A stretch of DNA of 64,000 nucleotides, from assembly GCA_010909165.1 (NCBI GenBank), contig MU008172.1:620001-684000 (forward strand), given 5' to 3'. The DNA is from Anthoceros angustus (taxonomy: Eukaryota > Plantae > Anthocerotophyta). Positions 1 through 13,463 of the stretch are shown here, one piece after another. The first letter of the stretch is position 1, and each line of letters begins with the position of its first letter. The translations under genes and the position numbers were made by a program. The notes under the pieces are model-generated. The model was not told the origin of the DNA, made no database searches, and saw only the letters and a list, made by a program, of their open reading frames with translations.

Positions 1-2265
1 GACGGGACTCCCTAGAATGAGCTCGAAAGCACGAGAGTCAATGTTATGTAAAGGTAAAAGGTAAAAAGGAGTGTCGGAAAATCGCTGGGAGACGGGATCT
101 AATGCATCTGACAGATCCAATAGGCCTTTTCGAGCAGGGGATCATAATATCGAGATCTTACGTTGTTCTCTTACAAACAGTATTGGTTATGTGCATTTCT
201 GAGAGAATGTGTCCAAGAGAGGGCCAATTAGGGGTGGTCAGGGTGGACTGCAGTTCTAACGGCATTTTAGAACGCCGCCTGCATGAATGCAGCCTTTTCT
301 CTGGCAGTGCCCCTGGAGTGGAGCAGATGTGCCTGATTTCCTGATTTCGGAGTGTGGGCGACGAAGAGGAAGTTTGCAAGTTGGGGCAAAGAAGTGTGAA
401 GCGTACAGCGCAATAGCCAGAAGCAGGGTTCATAATAAACAAGGAGAGGCGTGTGGGGCACCACGCTCCTGGCACACGATCCCTGCAAATGGCAAGTGAG
501 AGTCGGGGCCCGGGATGGATGGATAGCATAAAGTCAAGGGAGGCGCACAAAGCCTATACCGGATTCTCCACGTGGTTGGGAGTTTGTCCTGCGGGATCTG
601 GTGCAGTGAAGGGCCTGCCTGTACTGTGAACTGAATGCTCCTCCTCAAAGCAAGCCAGGCTCACCAGAAGCGGATGAGAAGGAAGCCAGGAAGAAGATGA
701 GGCATCCGGAGACGGAAGGTATCTGATCGCATTGCGCTGAGCTGCTGCCGGTACCGGAGCCGATGTGAAGAGTGCGAACTCGGTCCCACATCCGGCCGAG
801 AATCAAAGCAAAGGAGGGCCACTGGCGTGAATGATATTTTTCCCGGCCTAGCACGATACGAGGCGGCGGGTCCCACAGCTCGCCGGGAAAGGCCAGACGG
901 GACGGGACGGGACGGGGTTGCCGGGTTACGGGGTTCCTTCCTTCCATCCTTCCTTCCATAAGTTCCATGCCGACACGATGCGTCCTCTTCGGCTCCGGAT
1001 GAGAGGTCTCCATCCAGGGGCCAGGGCCAGAAGCCACCTGCCCAACGGCACCTGAAGGGCACCGTGATATTGGTAGCACCTGCTGCCAGCGGTGTCCCAG
1101 GATGCATGATTCCTTCCCCCCGGGCCCTTCTGGGCAGGGGCGAATGGCGTGCTTCTGCTTTCCGCCATGGCTTGCAAGCTAGGGGAACAAAAATGATCTA
1201 GGACATACTTTTACATACCAGGCCGCAAGTTTTGTACGTAGCCTGGCTCATTATCCATCCCGGATTCAACACGTCGTGTGGACGATCAGGGGAAGGATAG
1301 ATGCGCTGGATTCCCCGCCCCACCCACTGCCAGCCTTCTGTTTCTCTCTCTCTTCCTGATACACCACACGTTTGGAAAGACTTGCGAGATATGCGTGCTA
1401 CAGTGGATGCAGGCGTGCGCTTGTTGGAGAGGCCCATGGCATCGCATCGGCTTTGGGCAAGCAATGGCAGCAATTGCAGGCCCAGAGCCCTGCAGCAGCT
1501 CCCACTCCTTTGACCATCTTCTTCGTCTGCCATGTATGTAAATGCGATGCAAGCGTGCTATGTAATTAGTTGACCGTGGCCGCCTGCAAAGATCACCTCC
1601 AGAGCAGGCAGAAAGGGGCCTGGGCCCCCTGGGCTGGGACCCATCTCCAGGCATGGGCCCTGACCCGCTTCTGGGGCTACTTGCACTTGCACTTGTTGTC
1701 TTTCATTGCCCAGCAGGAGCAGGAGCAGGAGCAGCAGCAGGCGATGATGTCACCCTTCCGCTTGTGAGCTACACCTTTTCCCCTTTTAGCTATCTACCAG
1801 GCTACTGTTACCCCAGCCAGCCCCAGACTCCAACGAATCCCGACTCCAACCCGACCTCCCCCAGTCCCACCATTGTGTGTAGCTCTGCCACATCTCCTTG
1901 TCCTGGCCCCTGGCTTCTGGCAACACCTCTGCGACACACACGGAGTGCCATATCAGCTGCAGGCTGCGCTAGCCGGCTCTTCCCCTTGCTTGCTTCCGTC
2001 TTTCCTTCCTTCCTTCTCCCCTTGCCTTGTTGCCCTCCCTTCATCTGGAGCCGGATCATGGCGTCCGGATGAGTCGGCCGAATCGGGCACGCTGATGATG
2101 TGGTGCTAGCACTCCGAGTCATGGGTTTTGCCGCCCCGCCCTTGCTCCGCTTCTGGGTCTGGGAATGCAAGCGTTGCTGTGGCATGTGGTGATATGGGCT
2201 GAAATGCGGCCTTGACGACAATCCGCCTGGATCCGACGGCGTCACTTGTGGGGGGAGGCAGCTAG

Positions 2266-3649
2266 ATGGCATCCTCCGTCACCAACAGCCGCCACTGGAT
2301 TACCTACTTAGCGGATAATCTGCTAGATTCGGTGGATTGTGAGGAAATCAACCTCAACCCACCGCAGATAGAAGAGTCCAATGTCTTCTGGTGTTCCCCG
2401 GGCGGCAATGGATGCTCCGGATTCGGATGCCAGAATGACTGCTTCAGGTGAGGGTACAGCAGTAGCCCATCCAGGTCTTGCATGGCTGCCATGGGAAGGC
2501 TGGTTTCCTATGTCCTTCTGGGGTGGCAGGTAGCTGTTGGTAGATCAGCTGTGCGCATGACGCTTCTTCACTCTCCCAATGTGTGGCTTCTTCTCCCTGC
2601 AGTGTGGACAATGACTGCTCGGTGGGAGCGGATTCAGACGAAATCTCGGACAAGTTCTGTGCCAGGAAGAGGTCGGTGGTCAGGTCACCCTGCATCCTCT
2701 CCTTCTCTCCACGTCCCCTGCGGCTGCACCTATCTCCTGCATGCGCAACTCAACGTGAACCTGTCTGGTGTGTAGATGCCGGGAGCCCGACAACTGCATT
2801 AACGCGGCTGGAGTGAAAGCATGTCGGGAGAAGATGCGAAGGGACAGGCTTAATGACAGGTCGGTAGCTTCTCAGGTATGCTGTTCAACATGGCTTAGGC
2901 GACAGCATACTGGCCGACTATAAAAGCAAAGCTACTATTGTTGAAGAGCTTGCTTACAGTTGCTGCCATGCTGATTCTCTCAAGCGCAGCTTCCAACTGT
3001 CGTCGTTGTTGTGTTTCTATCTGCCTTTCAGCAGGTTTGTGGAGCTGAGCAAAGTTTTGGATCCCAACAGACCTCCCAAGACCGATAAGTCTGCAATACT
3101 GAACGATACTGTGCGGATAGTGTGTCAGCTCCGAACCGAAGTGAAAGAGTTGAAAACATCAAACGCGCAACTACGAGAGGCCTTGAAGGACTTGAAGGTG
3201 AGCACTTGAACTGCTGCTGCAGCAAGTTGATGGCCAGACGAGGACAAGGACATGCTGCTGCTGTAAACGTGTTTGACATGCTTTTGTGGGAACTGGTGCA
3301 CCAGGAAGAGAAGAATGATCTTAGGGATGAGAAGGTGAGGCTGAAGGTGCACAAGGAGCAACTGGAACTGCAGGTCAGAGCGCTCACTGTCCTACCAGTT
3401 GGGGGCCACTTCGGCATGGGCCATGGTCTCTCCGCCAACATGGTTCATACGGCTGCTGCTGCTGTAGCTGCTTTAGCTGCCCAGACGTTGGCATCTAGTA
3501 AGGGACTGCTGCAAGGAGGAGGTAGCTTCAACCCCGGTTTAATGACCACTCCACAATATTGGATGCCGCCTCCTATCCCTGCCCCAACATCTGCCCCCGA
3601 GAAGCCCGCAGCAGCACAGGACAGTGCAGCTCACCCCCCAGCCTCTTGA
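2266..3649 (+). CDS. bHLH subgroup IVc transcription factor (ILR3/bHLH104/105/115-like), multi-exon
   Basis: Exons approx. 2266-2447, 2603-2670, 2776-2859, 3035-3197 and 3305-3649. They splice to KACREKMRRDRLNDRFVELSKVLDPNRPPKTDKSAILNDTVRIVCQLR followed by the zipper EEKNDLRDEKVRLK, which is the IVc signature. The C-terminus is DSAAHPPAS. Confidence 0.88.
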
Positions 3650-4383
3650 CAATGCCTTTAACAGTGTCCAGCTTAGTGTCTTCATGGTATGTGGAGATGG
3701 GCTCTCAGGATGTCGGCTGTCGAGGCTAGTTTCTTTTGCATCTGCCAGCAGTGAGTGGGTGGTCGGTCTATTACAGCTCTTGTGCATATGTACCCCAGCA
3801 GGCCTAGAGTGCTGCTGCTGTTTGAGATGATGCTGCTCACGTCCAGGGAGAGCAGATGGTGAGTTCGCCCTGCTCCTTTTTGCTCACAGGAAGCCTGTGA
3901 CGTGTGTCTCCATGTTTATCGCGTAGTCAGCTACCCTAGCTCTCTCCTAAGCCAGTCGTGTCGTGGGTGAGTCTAGTAACTCACTAACATTCTCACAACA
4001 CCTCCAGTCTTGCGAGCAGTTTAATTTTTTCTCATCCCATCTGTAGTAACTTCCTGCTGACCCATTGGGATATGTACTTCAGTCCTTCACCAATCTAATC
4101 CTCCCCTCCTTGAGATGTATCATACAATACAAGGCATGGCCCATGTCCGTCGCAAGACGTGCGAACTTTCTTCTATACTTCTATACTATACTATTATCAT
4201 TTTCCAGTACCTGTACAGCAAAGAGCTCCTTTATCCTCCAGCGAATGGACGGGAAGCTTCTCTGTCTTTCCCAAGTCAGAGATTCTAGTGTGGCTGCCAA
4301 GCCTAGCCACTGTAAAATCCCCCACTGATCCGAGAGAATTTCTAGACTAGCATGCCATGTGAGCAACAGCATTATGCATTTCT

Positions 4384-6283
4384 TCACGCCATCTCCACTT
4401 TTGTTTCATTCCTGTCGCAACCGAAAGTTTGGAGACCAGAGTCGGCTTTGTAAATATTAGCGAACACCTCTCCTTCGTCTGGCTGAGGAGCTTCACGAGC
4501 TCTGGTGGAAGCTTCCTCTACTTCCCGTCGGACTTCCTTGTCCAGATTCTTCAGCTCGTCGGCTGTCGCTACGCACTCCTAACAGCGTGTCCAACCATCA
4601 ACACTACCTCACAGTAAAACTAGTGAGAGTTATTTGACAAGCCTATCGCAAGCCTTTCAGGACAACTTTCTCACCTTGGTGATGACTCTCCGGATGCTTT
4701 CAATAGGATCTCTCTGTTGCCTAATCCCTTGCACTTCAGTCCGAGTGCGGTAGGTACTCCCAGGATCGGACATGCTATGCCCATGATACCTGTACGTGTC
4801 ACACTCTAGAACTATCGGACCCTGCAGCAAAACCAGAGATTGAGCAACTTAGCTGCACCACGATTCTTCAGAAATGCAGGACAAGGACTCTAAACTGGTG
4901 ACAGACTGTAAATCACCTTTCCTGAGAGGCAGAACTCTTTTGCAAACTGTACGGCGTTCTTCACCGCAAACACGTCCATTCCGTCCACCTGCAAAAACAA
5001 GAGTTAGTGCAAGTGCCATTTCATGAATTTCTAGATGTAGAATCCATGTCAGATTCAATGAGTGTCGGTCACCTTCAAACCGGGGAGATAGGGAATCCTA
5101 TCGTAGAACGTTGTCTGTTTGGAAGCTCTCCACTCTGCGGTTCCCATGCCATACTACAGACAAAACTGGTAAGGTGAAGACATAAAGACTGTAAAACGGT
5201 GCAAAACTAGTTTGCAACTACCATCCCCGCAAGAATCCCAACACTCACATGGTTGTTTTCCACCAAAAGAATGAGGGGCAAGTCCCAGAGGGCCGCCATG
5301 TTTGCTGCTTCATAGATTTGGCCCTGCCATTGGAAAAATTCGTTCGCTAGTACCGGCTGGTCGGAGCCAGCTGCTGCGAGAAATGAAAGGCTTCTAAGCC
5401 CATATACAGCACCGACCCTCCTACCTGATTTGCAGCGCCGTCTCCATATATTGCCACAGCCACTTGTTTCTTGTCTTGATACTTGAGAGCAAAGGCAAGT
5501 CCTGCCCCTAGCGGCGCAGTGGTGCCGACAATGCCCCATCCCCCATAGTAGTTATTCTCCTTTTTATACAAATGCATGGAGCCTCCCTTGCCACGGGAGC
5601 ATCCCGTCTGCTTTCCCATAAGTTCCGAAAACGCTTCCTGCCGCAGGGAAACACCACTGTCAGATCACCATCACAAAATCCCAGAGCACATATTTCCCGT
5701 CCACTACGCACACGTATATTGATCAATGGCGTTCAGCTCTTACAAATACGGTTCCTCCCCGGGTGACAAAGATGCCGTGGTCCCGATATGCTGTTATGAC
5801 GGCATCTTGGAACGTGAGAGCCCCCTCCATTCCAACACACACCGCCTCCTGCCCATCGTACAGATGGCAGAATCCTCGAATCTGCTGGCTCTTGAACAGC
5901 TGCGACCATCAGGCAACAAAAATGAGAATCTTGTGAGCCGCCAGGCCCAGGAGATAGGAAATTGTCAGTGCTCTGCTCACGATGTCAGCCGTGATCTCCA
6001 TTCTCCGAATAGTAGCCATCTGGCGGTAGAAGGTGAGGAGCTCCTGAGCAGTGGTGTGCGCCGACTGACGCGGCCCGTCGTCAAGCATGTAGCGCGTGTA
6101 CGGCACTGCTATTGGCACTTCGATCGAGCCAGCCTTCTCTTCCGCCTCCTGGACCTGGGATGCAAAGCGCCCAACTGCAGGAACTGGATGCTGCATGTGG
6201 TTATGGTTGTACCCATGCTTCACCCGAACTCCATGAGCTCCAGCACAAACAGATTTCAGCACAGCAGCAGCTCGGCTCCTCAT
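4384..6283 (-). CDS. Mitochondrial pyruvate dehydrogenase E1 alpha subunit, divergent paralog (8 exons)
   Basis: Spliced motifs: presequence [10 protein letters not shown]; RRMEITAD; [19 protein letters not shown]; GKGGSMHLY; ThDP motif [10 protein letters not shown]...ENNH; YGMGTAEWR; [18 protein letters not shown]; C-terminus [13 protein letters not shown] with the stop at 4384. Frames join at GT-AG sites. Confidence 0.9.
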
Positions 6284-6564
6284 CTTCAGCGTCGAGGCCT
6301 ATGCATCCCAACAGCCTCTCAGGCTCGCAACAGGATCTCAAGATCATGAATCAAGCTCCAGCTGCTCAGCCGTCGTCACGGAAATGTCGCTCCTTCGTTG
6401 GAGGCCAGCCGCGCCAGGTGGAGCGGAGCTAAACCTGCCAAGTGGTGCAGAAGGCCGTACATTTTTATTTTAATTATTTAATACTTAATTACCATAATTA
6501 TTATTATATTTTAATTATTTTATGCGTAATTAAGTAATTCTCATTTTTGCTATGTGAAATAACA

Positions 6565-9250
6565 TCTTACTACGTAACTAATAAAGAAGTGACAAGTGCA
6601 CGAAAGCTGCAGCACTAAGCTCCGAGTAGCCCGCCGTCAACTCTCTATACCTTCTCTTCATTCACAAAATACACACCTCACCATAGAAATCCTATTAGGT
6701 AGTTGTAGTTTATAAGCCACATTTTAATTCGCTTCAGAACTACAAAAGGTCCTCCATACTGAGGCCTTAGCTTTGAGCTTTGGGGACAATCTTCGTAGTA
6801 GTGGGAAACTCTTCAATTTCACCCACACTTTGTCTCCTACTTGAAACTTTGCGTCTTGCCTATGCTTGTCAGCGAACTTCTTTTGCCTTTCTTATGCTTT
6901 GGCCAAAATCTTCTTGGCAACTTTATGCTTAGCCTTCAACTGTGCTATAGACTCGTGTGGTTTTATAGCTACGGTCTTAACACTTCGGCATTCAACATGG
7001 AAACTGCATCCATAATATTGCTTCATTACCTGCCAACTGAAAAGATGTGTAGTCTGTGGAGCTATGTCTAGTGCCGAAAAGGTGTGTAGCCTGTGGAGCT
7101 ATGTATAGTTCTGTTGTAATAGAACTGTGCATCTTAAAGATTGATTACTTCAGAATTACTAGTCCATCTATACATAGTGTTGGTATTCTTCTTGAATTCT
7201 ATTCACCCTCTTTGTTGATCCATCTGTATCAGAGTGATAAGTTGTGCTTAGATACAATTTCACTCGTAAGCTCTTCATAAGTTGTTGCCAGAATTCTGCA
7301 GTGAATCTAGGATGTGCAATGAATCTGGAATCTGGGATCGATTTTGATTGTGAGTGATAGAGATATCTCTGAGGCAATCCATGTAACACAGAAATATGCT
7401 TCTTGAATAACTGATTATCTCTAGAACCTTTCAATCTCTCCTTGGTAAGGATGAAGTGTGCTTGCTTGTTGAATTATTGAAGTTCACTACTGTTTTCAAG
7501 CTCTTGCTTGAGAGCTGTTTCTACTCTTTATCTCCTAAGCTCTCCACAAGTGTAACAAACTCCTTTTCGAAAACCCATTGTCACTGTTCTTTGAGCTCCT
7601 CGGCCTCTCCTAGCTCTTTGATTTCTTCTACGGAAAGTTTCTATTGGATTGCCTCTTACAACTCCATTTTTGCCAATGTCCTTAACAACTCCTTTGACTA
7701 CACTGCTAAAGCTTCCTCTAGTCCAGACATACCGACCACGAGTATTGCCTCGAAATTTTGTAAAGGAGGTACTTGAATGAAAAGTATTTGGAATGATATC
7801 TGCTGCTGAGATTGCTTCTGCCAAAGTTGTGGGACCATACAGCTCAATTCTCTTGGCAGCCCAATATTTCAAACCAGACATAAAACGATGTAGCTTGTCA
7901 ATCTCACTCATGGTAGTGCAGTGTCTTACAGCTTCACTAAAAGTACTTGCCGACTCAAGCGGGAAGCATTCCAAGGCCCAAATTGCTTCTTGAAGGCTTC
8001 TTTAAAAGATGCCCAATCAGTGATGGTATATACTCAATTGCCTTGGGCAACGTTAGCTACATAACTTCGCCACTAGACTAAGGCAGAACCTTTAAAAAAA
8101 TTTCCGACAGTACCCAAGTTATATACTGTGGCTCAAGATCAGATGAGGCAAGATAAGTTTCCACAGAATAGATCCACAAATCAATAACTTGGAGATCTTT
8201 TTCTCCCTCATACTTATCTGGTGGAGCAAACTTAATCAAACATGACTTTGGTGGCACTTTGAAGATGTTTACCACATTGGGATAGATCTCTCTGTTCTGA
8301 TTGTCCTCGTCTTTACTACCATGGCATGGTGGTATTCGGATTCGGAGGCAAAGAAGAATGGGCTTGCGAATCCGAATCCGAAGTCCATTGATCCGAATCG
8401 GAGACAAAGAAGAATCCGAATGTCATAGTCAATGGGCTATGACGTTCGGATTCTTCTTTGCCTTCTTCCTGGGACTGCCTGTCAGATCTTCTAAAACTTT
8501 TGGAACAACTTGATAGAGAGCTTCAACCATCTGCTTCTTTCTATCTTCCGACTTTTCTCTAGATGTTTTAGCTCCACTTATCTCTATGGATAACAATTTC
8601 TCCTTGTCATGCTGCTCTTCTTCTGATGAAGACTCTTCAACTAGTGAAGGCGGAGGCGGCTGATCGATAAGAGGCCTCTTGAGCATCTTCTTGCACTTCA
8701 AATTGACCATTTTGTGCACTCCCTGTTCACTTAGAGGAATGGATCACGCTCTGATTTCACAACATAACGCCCCTTTCTACGTAACCAGTAATGAAGCGAG
8801 AAGTATTTGGCTTCCCAACAATTTAGGACCTTGCCAATTCATTCCTGATAAGAGACTTGCACTAACTCTCAGCTCTCTCAACCCAACCTCACGACGCAAC
8901 ACTAGGCTTTAAGTAGCCCGCGGTGATTTGATAACTCGCATACTACCTCCTGAAGGCAGTAATGTGTATTCTGTGCTCGAGACAATACTCTTTATTTACA
9001 AAATATACACTTGAATCTAGCTATCTACGCCCAATTGGCTACTCCCCTTGACTTAACAACAAGCTCATTAACTAGGCTCTCCACAGCTCTCACAACACCA
9101 AGCTTGCAGTGTAAAACGCATACCTCTAATCCCTTGCTCTAGCCCTTATGTATTCCGTAGACTCGCCTCAATCAGGCAGCTATTAACCCCGGGAATTCTT
9201 GCACACCACTCATCACTAAAAGTCCTCTTTAGGCAATGCTTCATTAGTGG
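6565..9250 (-). mobile_element. Degenerate Ty3/gypsy-type LTR retrotransposon remnant (boundaries approximate)
   Basis: Gag-like ORFs at 8078-8407 (PDKYEGEKDLQVIDLWIYSVETYL) and 7528-7974 (FMSGLK, zinc-knuckle remnant CYTCGE). Integrase remnant at 7168-7434 (PRFTAEFWQQL...STTYHSDTDGSTKRVNR). Decayed Met PBS near 8748-8759. Similar LTR-like blocks at ~6565-6680 and ~8775-9010. Many stops and frameshifts. Confidence 0.75.
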
Positions 9251-9490
9251 TTGCGACAATTCCTCTCTAATGAAAGATTGAAGAAGAAGAAGAAAAAAAT
9301 TTTATTTGAGTCCACTAAGGACGGATTTTCGTCATGGGACTTGGTACTTGACAACTTGCATAAGCATGGAATACATCCATTTCTTAAGAGGCAGCTACTT
9401 AAATAGCTTTCTATCTCTTTTAATTTTTAATTTTTTAATCTTATTTCATCAATATCATTCCTTGAGATGCTAATCAATATCAAAGTATTA

Positions 9491-9839
9491 CCGTACCCCA
9501 AGGGGTGATTCGGCATTAATTAATTAAAGTTAGTAAAAGTTGAAAATCTAGAAATTATTATACTTAAAATGTTGAATAGGTAAAAATTTATAAATTTATG
9601 ATGCCAAAAACATGGAAATTAGGGTTTGTGTGGAAAGTTAGGGTCTATTTAGGGGAGGTATATATATATCCATTAGTTTTATATATATACCTATATATTT
9701 TAATAAATATTGAAATTTAATAAAATTATTTTTTGTAAATATTGAAATTTTGAAAAATATAAATATTTATGTTGAACCTTGTTTTTTCAAAAAATAATTA
9801 TTTCGGCATTATCCTGTTGAACCACCCCTTGGGGTACGG
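9491..9839. mobile_element. MITE with TIR CCGTACCCCAAGGGGTG and TA target duplication (Tc1/mariner-type, non-autonomous), copy 1
   Basis: TA|CCGTACCCCAAGGGGTG...CACCCCTTGGGGTACGG|TA, with an AT-rich non-coding interior. A close second copy lies in the opposite orientation at 20647-20993. Confidence 0.88.
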
Positions 9840-10174
9840 TACTTGAGATGATTACACCTTGATATTAGCACTGACAGGTGCCGGTACGCACGTATGTACT
9901 AGGTACCTACCCTACCTATGATGAGAGCTTGGGTTCTTGAGACCCGGCAGGCTGGTTAAAGTCATCTATGTACAGATTTACTGCATTAGGGACGTTGGAG
10001 CGCAAACTTCCAAGGGGGTGAAAGCTTTTCAAAGTTGTAGACAAAGGCGGCACAGGATGCGCGCTCGGGGCAGGGCTGCAGTTGAAGTGCAAGGCCGTAT
10101 GCGCCAGTAAACCAATCTCACGACCCATCTCCCGACACCTCACGGCTGCGCTGTTTTACATCTGACTTGGCGTC

Positions 10175-13100
10175 ATGTACGGGGGAGGTACGCTCCTCTT
10201 GTTCATCCTCTTCCTCGTCGTGTGCTGTTGCTATTGCTTTGCTGTTGCTAACCATGAGCTACATGGAGCTGACCATGGCAGACGAGGTCTCGGCAATTGT
10301 GCTGGATTTGGGGTCACATTCTTGTAAAGCTGGCTACGCTGGAGAAGATTTGCCAAAAGCTGTGTTTCCGTCTGTAAGCGCATTCCTCGTGACCTTGAAT
10401 GCTTGAGCAGCCCAAAAGTGTTAAAAAGGGCAATCGTCTTGACAGCTGTTTCCTGCGTGATTCCGTGCAGGTAGTAGGGGCAATTGACCTGACGGATGCT
10501 GCCAAAGCTGATGGCGAGACGGACGCCGCCGCCTTAAAAGCCCCAGAAGCAAACGCCAAGTCCGGTAGGAAACTGTATTCTGGGATACAGGCTCTTGGCT
10601 ATCGCCGAGATCATATGGAGGTATAGCTCTGGCAGCCGAGCTCGGGGAATGGTATCCGACCGATTTGCGAGCCTTGAGGTTGATGATGGTTGTCTCTCGA
10701 TGATGTGACTATCATCAGGTCATTTCAGCCATGAAGGATGGACTTGTGTCAGATTGGGACGTTGTGGAGAGCATTTGGGAGCATGCTCTAAAGTGAGATG
10801 GATACTCCTGTCTTATTCTGGGAAATCATGGACTTTAGCTTTCAAGGTTTACGGCCAGTTGCCTAAACACTTTTGGCAGGGATCGGCTGCTAGTGGAGCC
10901 GAAGGAGCACCCAATGCTGCTCGCAGAACCATCATTCAATACGCAGCAACACAGAGAGAAGTACTACTACATTCCTGGCGATTGGGTTTCTATTGTCCTC
11001 ATGAAGTCAAGGGTATTTGAAGTTTCATTTTTTTTTAAATGTTTTGCAGGACTGTTGAGCTTATGTTCGAGAAGTATGGTGTTCCAGCCTTATTCCTTGC
11101 CAAAAATGCTGTGAGTCCTTGCTTCTGTTTTAGACAAACTCAACTAGTCTGTCAGCTCGGAAACACGCACAAGGGATTCTGCAGCATTCTATGACAACAG
11201 TGTACCTGTGTTTCAGGTTTTAACGTCTTTTGCCTCTGGCCGAGCTACTTCTTTGGTTGTGGACTGGTCAGACTGCATACCTGGTCTGTCTCTTTTGGAA
11301 TTGTTTCTTTCACAGCTTACTGAACAGATAGTACTGTCCCTAAATTCAAAGGAATTAAGGATAGATTTGTAGGTTTCATAGACATGTTGTGCTGTCATAT
11401 CGTAGTATCGATCTCCTTAATTGCTGAGGAGGCGATGATTGTGGTAACCCTGTATGGTTGGTGGCTCTAGTGGTGGTGGCTCGACAACTGTGGCAGCTGT
11501 TCATGATGGTTATGTTCTCCAAAAGGTGATTCTGTGTTATCTGTTCTTTTTGAATTGATCAGCAGGATTTCATGCATTCTGATGATAATTTGTTGGCTAT
11601 CGTGGATTTTGGAGAATACCAGGCTATTGTGAGATCTCCAATTGGAGGAGAAGTGCTGACTGACTGCTTGCTAAAAACGTTAGAGAACAAGAGCATTGAG
11701 GTGAACCCTTACCAAATGTCTTAGTTGAACACCGTCTTTTGTAGCTTGATGTCTTGACACAGTGGATGGCTCCAGATAAAACCACGCTTCTCCTTCAAGC
11801 GCAAAGAAGTGCGCCCTGGGGAGTTTGAGGTAAATCAACATATTTCAGTCTTGTGTGCAATGGTATGCTTGCTGGACATTCTGCAGATGACAAAACGGGT
11901 CCTGTGTGGTCAACTGGAGTGCAGTTGACCAGTGTGGACCACCCAAACACAACAGAAAGCTACTACAGATACATGCAGGTCGGTTCGTGCTCTTCATTTG
12001 TTGTAATGCTTGCTATATCATTTGCATGTTGTCCTAAAGCTGTTGAGCAAGATCGGGGTTGTGATATCGTTTGACTTGGTTTACCTGAGCTTGCGCTTGT
12101 GGGCTGCAAATTGGTTTGGTCTTGTAAACTCGTTTCAGAGAAGTATTGCAGCGGATGTAAAGGAATCAGTGTGTCGAGTCCCTGACATCACATTCGATGG
12201 TGCGATGTTGGTGACAAGTCAATTTCATGTGCTTAGCTGGATCATTTAAGGATGTCTTGTTCTAAGTTGGTTTTCTGTCTTCTGGCTCCAGAAAACTCAT
12301 ATGCAAATATTCCAACAACTCCGTATGAGCTACCTGATGGGCAGTAAGACCTCAACGCCTCAAGTGCGAATGTGTCACTTGCTAGTACTACGTTCCACTC
12401 TGCTGACAAGGCAAATATGTTTTTCTAGGATAATTGAAGTCGGAGCTGACAGATTTAAAATTCCAGACATCATGTTCAACCCGTCCCTTATCCAGGTCTG
12501 TTACTCTTGCTGAATGAGTTACCGGATGTGAGAGTTTCTGTCTGGGATAGTGGTTGGTGTAATCTTTTACTAGAGCATGCTTGCATATTGGTGCCACTTG
12601 CTCACCTTTGCCTTCTTTGGACTCGTTGACAGACAATACCTGGAATGGAGTCTCCGTCACCTCTGCAGGGACTGCCTCAGATGGTCTGCTTCTTTCTGAA
12701 AGCTGTATTCCTCATGAAAAGTATTTCTGTAGTTGCAGGGACCCGATTCCATGCTTATCTTGTAGTTTATTTGTACTACAGGTGATCGAGAGTATAAACA
12801 AGTGCGATGTTGACATCCGCCGTGAATTGTTCAGCAGCATTTTGGTGAGTGCGTTTGGAGGAGGCTTAAATTTATGTTTTTTTGAGGAGGCTTGCATGTG
12901 CTTTTAGGGTTCACAGTTCCACGCCCTGCGACTGTGCTATTTGTTATAGCTTGCTGGAGGAGCAGCAGCAACTCAGCAAATGAAAGAGCGGTTGGAGAAG
13001 GAATTGGTTGAGGTATGATATGAGCCACCCCCTTGGCTTATTAGGAGATAACGGAGAGGCCAGGTTTCTGAAGGCCAATCCTTGATGCGTCCAGGAGGCA

Positions 13101-13463
13101 CCTCAAGCTGCAAGAGTGAAGGTTCTAGCAAGTGGAAATGCTATGGAACGGCGATTCAGGTAGTGTCGTTGTTTTGTTTCATGGAGGAGTGATTTGTTTC
13201 ACGGTGTCCACTTCATATGGACGCTTTGTTCCGCTGCTGGGTTGGTAATAGTCCTTCGTTCGTGCAGTGTGTGGATAGGTGGAAGCATCCTCGCTTCTTT
13301 GGGATCCTTCCAGCAAATGTGGCTTTCTAAGCAAGAGTATGTGATGAAACGATGCACTCCCTGTTGCTCAGAGAAAATAACTACTCAGCTCCTTAAGTCA
13401 TTGTATTTGGTTTGCAGATTTGAGGAGCACGGTCCAGCGTATGTGCAGAGGAAGTGTCCATGA
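10175..13463 (+). CDS. ARP4: Actin-related protein 4 (nuclear ARP; SWI/SNF, INO80/SWR1, NuA4 subunit), many small exons
   Basis: A 13-nt first exon ATGTACGGGGGAG gives MYGG|[31 protein letters not shown]. Further matches: [65 protein letters not shown] and the C-terminus YVQRKCP. Confidence 0.95.

Noticed and set aside
102-1654. Multiple short overlapping ORFs at the start of the window
   Set aside because: No recognisable domain or consistent exon chain. Probably promoter or UTR sequence of a gene outside the window.
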